This document shows, piece by piece, positions 48,704-64,000 of a DNA stretch of 64,000 bases. Every line of letters begins with the position of its first letter. Positions within the stretch are counted from its first letter, which is position 1. Where the stretch lies: assembly GCA_963693365.1 (NCBI GenBank), contig CAVNZM010000009.1, positions 6,602,171 to 6,666,170 on the forward strand, read 5' to 3'. The notes beneath the pieces were generated by a model. That model did not search any database. It had not been told where the DNA came from and was given only the letters and a program-made list of their open reading frames with translations. This DNA is from Amoebidium appalachense. Its lineage: Eukaryota; Protista; Ichthyosporea. The translations under genes were made by a program, and so were the position numbers.

Positions 48704-49057
48704 CCCCCCCCCTCCCCATACACACACAAACACCCCCCCCCCCCTCCCCCCGCTTCCCCCCACCTCCACACACACACGATACCAGAGAAGTACATCCCAT
48801 GGAAACTATCACGCGGCCGAGAATCCATTGACCGCCTTCGAGAGGCGATGAGAAAACCACGTCCAGATTTTTCTGCCGTTTTGAGCAAAGTCGAGCATTT
48901 TCTGGCATCTTCTCTCGACTCACTTTCACTGTTTGTTTTGCGCAACGAGAGATCGCAAGATGTAATCGGCGACTTTGCTCTCATGTATGCGTCGCCACGC
49001 ACGGCTGCCGGTGCGCGCGATTTCAACCTTTTCACCAAGGTTTCACTGAAGGAATAG
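46047..49057 (+). CDS. Orphan gene X, 5' end unresolved; exons ~46047-46157, 46935-47606, 48786-49057 (further exons probably in 45250-45950)
   Basis: Two phase-1 GT-AG junctions give ...[20 protein letters not shown]...[16 protein letters not shown]...SLKE*. Exons are conserved in the inverted paralog while introns diverge. Confidence 0.65.
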
Positions 49058-49070
49058 TAAGTGCGACCTA

Positions 49071-49106
49071 AAACCCTAAAAATTTATCCTGTTACAAAAA
49101 CCCTAA
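49071..49106 (+). promoter_or_regulatory. Two telo-box-like AAACCCTAA motifs between the gene X stop and the gene Y 5' region
   Basis: AAACCCTAA at 49071 and 49098; the telo-box is a known plant promoter element, but function here is inferred. Confidence 0.3.
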
Positions 49107-49311
49107 ATAACATCGAGCTACGCAAAGCAACCTTTGTTTGGGTATGCATGTGTCACGTGATGCGTGACCGATTGTGACACATTAGGGGCCGTGTATGATT
49201 TCGTCGTCACCAATCGTATATGGTAAACCCTTAGAGCAGCAAAAGAGAGAGAGGGGGCGGGAGAGAGGGAGAGAGGGGCGGGGGGGGAAGAGAGAAAGAG
49301 AGTGAGTGGCG

Positions 49312-49369
<58 letters not shown>

Positions 49370-49661
49370 AATCGAGAGAGAGAGGTGGTTTGTGTGTGTA
49401 TGTGTGTGTGTTTTTGGGTGTGCACGTTTGTTGTGGTGTGTGTGTGTGGGGGGGGGGGGGGGGGGGAGGGGGGAGGAGGAGGAGGGTTGGGTTCGCTTCG
49501 ACAGAGACACAGCTGGGGGTGGTTTGAGGGTGGGGGGTGGGGGTGGGAGAGGGGAAGGGGAGGTTCCAAAGAAGTCCCATGGACACACGCGCTGATTCCC
49601 CCCCCCCCCTCCCCCCCCCCCCCCCCCCCCCCTTCCCCACTTCACCCACCCCCCCCCCCCC

Positions 49662-51253
49662 TGACCCGCCCAAGCTCAGTTGATGCTGCTGTCTGAGTTG
49701 GAGTGTCGTATATACGCGGGCTAAGGGGTCGAAACTCAGACGCAATTGATGACTTGGGTCCTCCCTGAGGATGGGCTCTGCTTATGACGCATACTGTGCA
49801 CATGGCTGATGTTGCATACTTGAATGTTTGCCTTTGCATGTGTCCTGCACCATGCTTCTCGTCGTGTATGCGTACTTTGTACCGTGTTCCGCATTCAAAA
49901 CCCCCCCCCCCCCCCCCTCCCCCCCCCCCCCCCCCCCCCCCCCCCGCCTGCCCCTCTTTCGCAGCTTCCCCCCCGTGCTGGTACGAGCATTCGAGATTGT
50001 TCCGGGCCAGTCTTCTACGGGTCACACCCCCCGAAGAGCCGTTCGGTCTGATAGGGACCAGGTTTTCTCGGTATTTTGCTCCTCCCCCCCTCCCCCCCCC
50101 CCCTGGGTTGACCCACCCAAGTTCAGTTGATGCTGCTGTCTGAGTTGGAGCGTCGTATATACGCGGGCTAAGGGGTCGAAACTCAGACGCAATTGATGAC
50201 TTGGGCCCTCCCTGAGGATGGGCTCTGCTTATGACGCATACTGTGCGCATGGCTGATGCTGCATACTTGAATGTTTGCCTTTGCATGTGTCCTGCACCAT
50301 GCTTCTCATCGTGTATGCGTACTTCGTACTGTGTTCCGCATTCAAAACCCCCCCTGTCTTCTTTCAGAGGTGTCCTTTCAGGACAGACCACTGTGTGGAG
50401 ACATCTTTACTTCCATGCAACCGGGCATGGTTGCTCTGTGTCGTGCATCTGTAAGCACATACGCGTTTGTCGCTGCACTGCATTAGTTTGCACATACATC
50501 TTCACCGTTTTGCTCACCTTGCTTGCATAAGCAACCCTGCTCGTCTTTGATCAAGACGGGTTGACCCACCCAAGTTCAGTTGATGCTGCTGTCTGAGTTG
50601 GAGCGTCGTATATACGCGGGCTAAGGGGTCGAAACTCAGACGCAATTGATGACTTGGGCCCTCCCTGAGGATGGGCTCTGCTTATGACGCATACTGTGCG
50701 CATGGCTGATGCTGCATACTTGAATGTTTGCCTTTGCATGTGTCCTGCACCATGCTTCTCATCGTGTATGCGTACTTCGTACTGTGTTCCGCATTCAAAA
50801 CCCCCCCTGTCTTCTTTCAGAGGTGTCCTTTCAGGACAGACCACTGTGTGGAGACATCTTTACTTCCATGCAACCGGGCATGGTTGCTCTGTGTCGTGCA
50901 TCTGTAAGCACATACGCGTTTGTCGCTGCACTGCATTAGTTTGCACATACATCTTCACCGTTTTGCTCACCTTGCTTGCATAAGCAACCCTGCTCGTCTT
51001 TGATCAAGACGGGTTGACCCACCCAAGTTCAGTTGATGCTGCTGTCTGAGTTGGAGCGTCGTATATACGCGGGCTAAGGGGTCGAAACTCAGACGCAATT
51101 GATGACTTGGGCCCTCCCTGAGGATGGGCTCTGCTTATGACGCATACTGTGCGCATGGCTGATGCTGCATACTTGAATGTTTGCCTTTGCATGTGTCCTG
51201 CACCATGCTTCTCATCGTGTATGCGTACTTCGTACTGTGTTCCGCATTCAAAA
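49662..51253 (+). mobile_element. Poly-C-associated repeat: single copy 49662-49900 plus a head-to-tail array 50105-51253 with 453-bp period (about 2.5 units)
   Basis: GGGTTGACCC recurs at 50105, 50558 and 51011; units are essentially identical; each ends GCATTCAAAA followed by C-run. Confidence 0.9.
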
Positions 51254-51885
51254 CCCCCCCCCCCGGCCCCTCTCCCTCCCTTATCATTCTCTGCTTATGA
51301 CATGCACGTACTCTTTGTCGGTGATTTGCACTCTGCATGGTGTTATGCGTCGTGAGTGTGTGCTTGTTACTCTGTAACACATTCTACTACACTCGGCCCC
51401 CCCCCCCCCCCCCCCCCCCTCCCCCCCAACGCCCCAAACACATTCTACCCTTCCCCCCCCCCCCCCCCTCCCCCTCCCCCCCTTTACCCTCGAGTGTGTT
51501 GGCCGCACCTGATTTAAGCACCTGCATTGTGTGTTCGTTTTTGCAATGCATGTGCTGTACCTTGCTTCGTGTGCATCACCACTGAGTCCGAGCTTGGTGT
51601 TGCTTAGCCCCCTCCTCCTCCCCCTCCCCACGACTTGGACCCCCCCCCCGAGGATGGGCTCCGCTTATGCTGCATACTGCGTCCGTTTCTGATTGCATAC
51701 ATTAATGTGTGCCCGTGCATGTGTCCTGCACAGTGTTTCACATCGTGTAGTTGTACTTCATACCGTGTTTCGCATTCTAACCCCCCACCCCCCTCCCCTC
51801 TTCCCCCCCCCCCCCCCCCCCCTCACCCCCCCTTTTCCCTCTGCAGGCCAACACCACCGAAGTTACCAACGGTAATGACCTCACC

Positions 51886-62802
<10,917 letters not shown>

Positions 62803-62852
62803 GTCGGTAGGTGATTTGGCGTTTTCGCTTTTCTATAACTTCCCCCCCCTTC

Positions 62853-62884
<32 letters not shown>

Positions 62885-62899
62885 TTTTTTCCTTCTTTA

Positions 62900-63088
62900 C
62901 CTGTCCATGCGCAGCAGGATATAAATTGGTTGTGGGTGAGCTGAATTGGTTTAAACTCGGATATTGTTGGTGACATGTGCACCTGAGAATGGGCTGTTTT
63001 CGTCATTACCCATATTCCTTTTGTGTGCTCTGTGTTCTGTGTTCTGTTGCCCGTCATGAGTGTGTATGTCATACTCTGTCACAACGCT

Positions 63089-63091
<3 letters not shown>
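62900..63091 (+). mobile_element. Degenerate copy of the poly-C-associated repeat
   Basis: AAACTCGG...CCTGAGAATGGGCTG...CGTCATGAGTGTGTATG..ACTCTG, ending at a C-run. Confidence 0.5.
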
Positions 63092-63143
<52 letters not shown>

Positions 63144-63214
63144 AAAAAAAAAAAAAGAAAGAAAGAAAAAGAAAAGAAAAGAAAAAGAAAGAAAGAAAGA
63201 AAGAAGGAAAATAA

Positions 63215-63245
<31 letters not shown>

Positions 63246-63382
63246 GCTTGTCTGCAGCACAGGGCGATTCTTGACTGCAAAAGAATGTATGATTTTTGTG
63301 GTTGCTTTTGGTTTTGTCGTCCTTACTATGTTTGCTTCCTTTTTTCCTGACCCTCCTACACATACATACAGCCTTTTACCCC

Positions 63383-63696
63383 GTTTGCACACACGTCTGC
63401 ACCGTTTTGCTCACATTGCTTGCATAAGCAACCCTGCTCGTCTTTGATCAAGACGGGTTGACCCGCCCAAGTTCAGTTGATGCTGCTGTCTGAGTTGGAG
63501 CGTCGTATATACGCGGGCTAAGGGGTCGAAACTCAGACGCAATTGATGACTTGGGTCCTCCCTGAGGATGGGCTCTGCTTATGACGCATACTGTGCACAT
63601 GGCTGATGTTGCATACTTGAATGTTTGCCTTTGCATGTGTCCTGCACCATGCTTCTCGTCGTGTATGCGTACTTCGTACCGTTTTCCGCATTCAAA
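63383..63696 (+). mobile_element. Young 5'-truncated copy of the poly-C-associated repeat
   Basis: Near-identical to the 3' ~310 bp of the 453-bp unit; ends GCATTCAAA + C-run. Confidence 0.9.
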
Positions 63697-63855
63697 CCCC
63701 CCCCCCCCCCCCCCCCCCACCACCACCACCACCACCACCACCACCACCACACACACACACACATGCAAAAAACGTACACTTACATCCCACACACACACAC
63801 ACAGTAACAGGCACACACACAGTAACAGACACACACACACTAACAGACACACAAA

Positions 63856-63901
<46 letters not shown>

Positions 63902-64000
63902 CGAGCGCACGCGCGCACACACACACACACACATGCACACACATACAGGTGCAACAGCTTGCCATCACCCCTGCCCCCTCACTGAGTTCAGCCATCCACC

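Noticed and set aside
50105-50190. HDV-like ribozyme (GGCTAAGGG resembles J4/2; GACCC/GGGTC as P2) or tRNA-derived SINE B-box (GGTCGAAAC)
   Set aside because: No valid P1/P3/L3 could be built, the putative catalytic C is T in the 59162 copy, and there is no cloverleaf or proper A-box.
50231-50983. Repeated 99-aa ORF MTHTVRMADAAY...
   Set aside because: It recurs only because the DNA is repeated; the frame is not kept in the diverged copies (28343, 59162).
50105-51253. CRISPR array interpretation of the tandem repeat
   Set aside because: The 453-bp units are identical with no unique spacers, there are no cas genes, and the context is eukaryotic.

Overview
Intron-rich eukaryotic genomic DNA, full of poly-G/poly-C tracts and (CA)n/(GT)n microsatellites; most ORFs in the supplied track are artefacts of these repeats. 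Splice-phase-consistent models could be built by hand for six genes: a 5'-partial GT92/DUF23-type glycosyltransferase (+), a 549-aa secreted, probably GPI-anchored protein with three copies of an unrecognised domain (-), a PIN-like auxin-efflux-carrier family transporter (+), a nucleolin/NSR1-like RRM-GAR protein (+), and two orphan genes, X and Y (+). Parts of X and Y are mirrored in a decayed ~9 kb inverted duplication (35.5-45.1 kb vs 46.7-55.7 kb). The PIN-like and GT92 proteins suggest a green-lineage, possibly streptophyte algal, source (inference only). The most unusual element is a non-coding repeat family: a 453-bp tandem array plus about ten 5'-truncated copies, all ending at poly-C. 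It has covarying RNA stems and carries the three strands of a hammerhead-ribozyme core in a non-canonical order. Two TIR elements and several decayed local duplications are also present. All assignments are by eye; no database searches were run.
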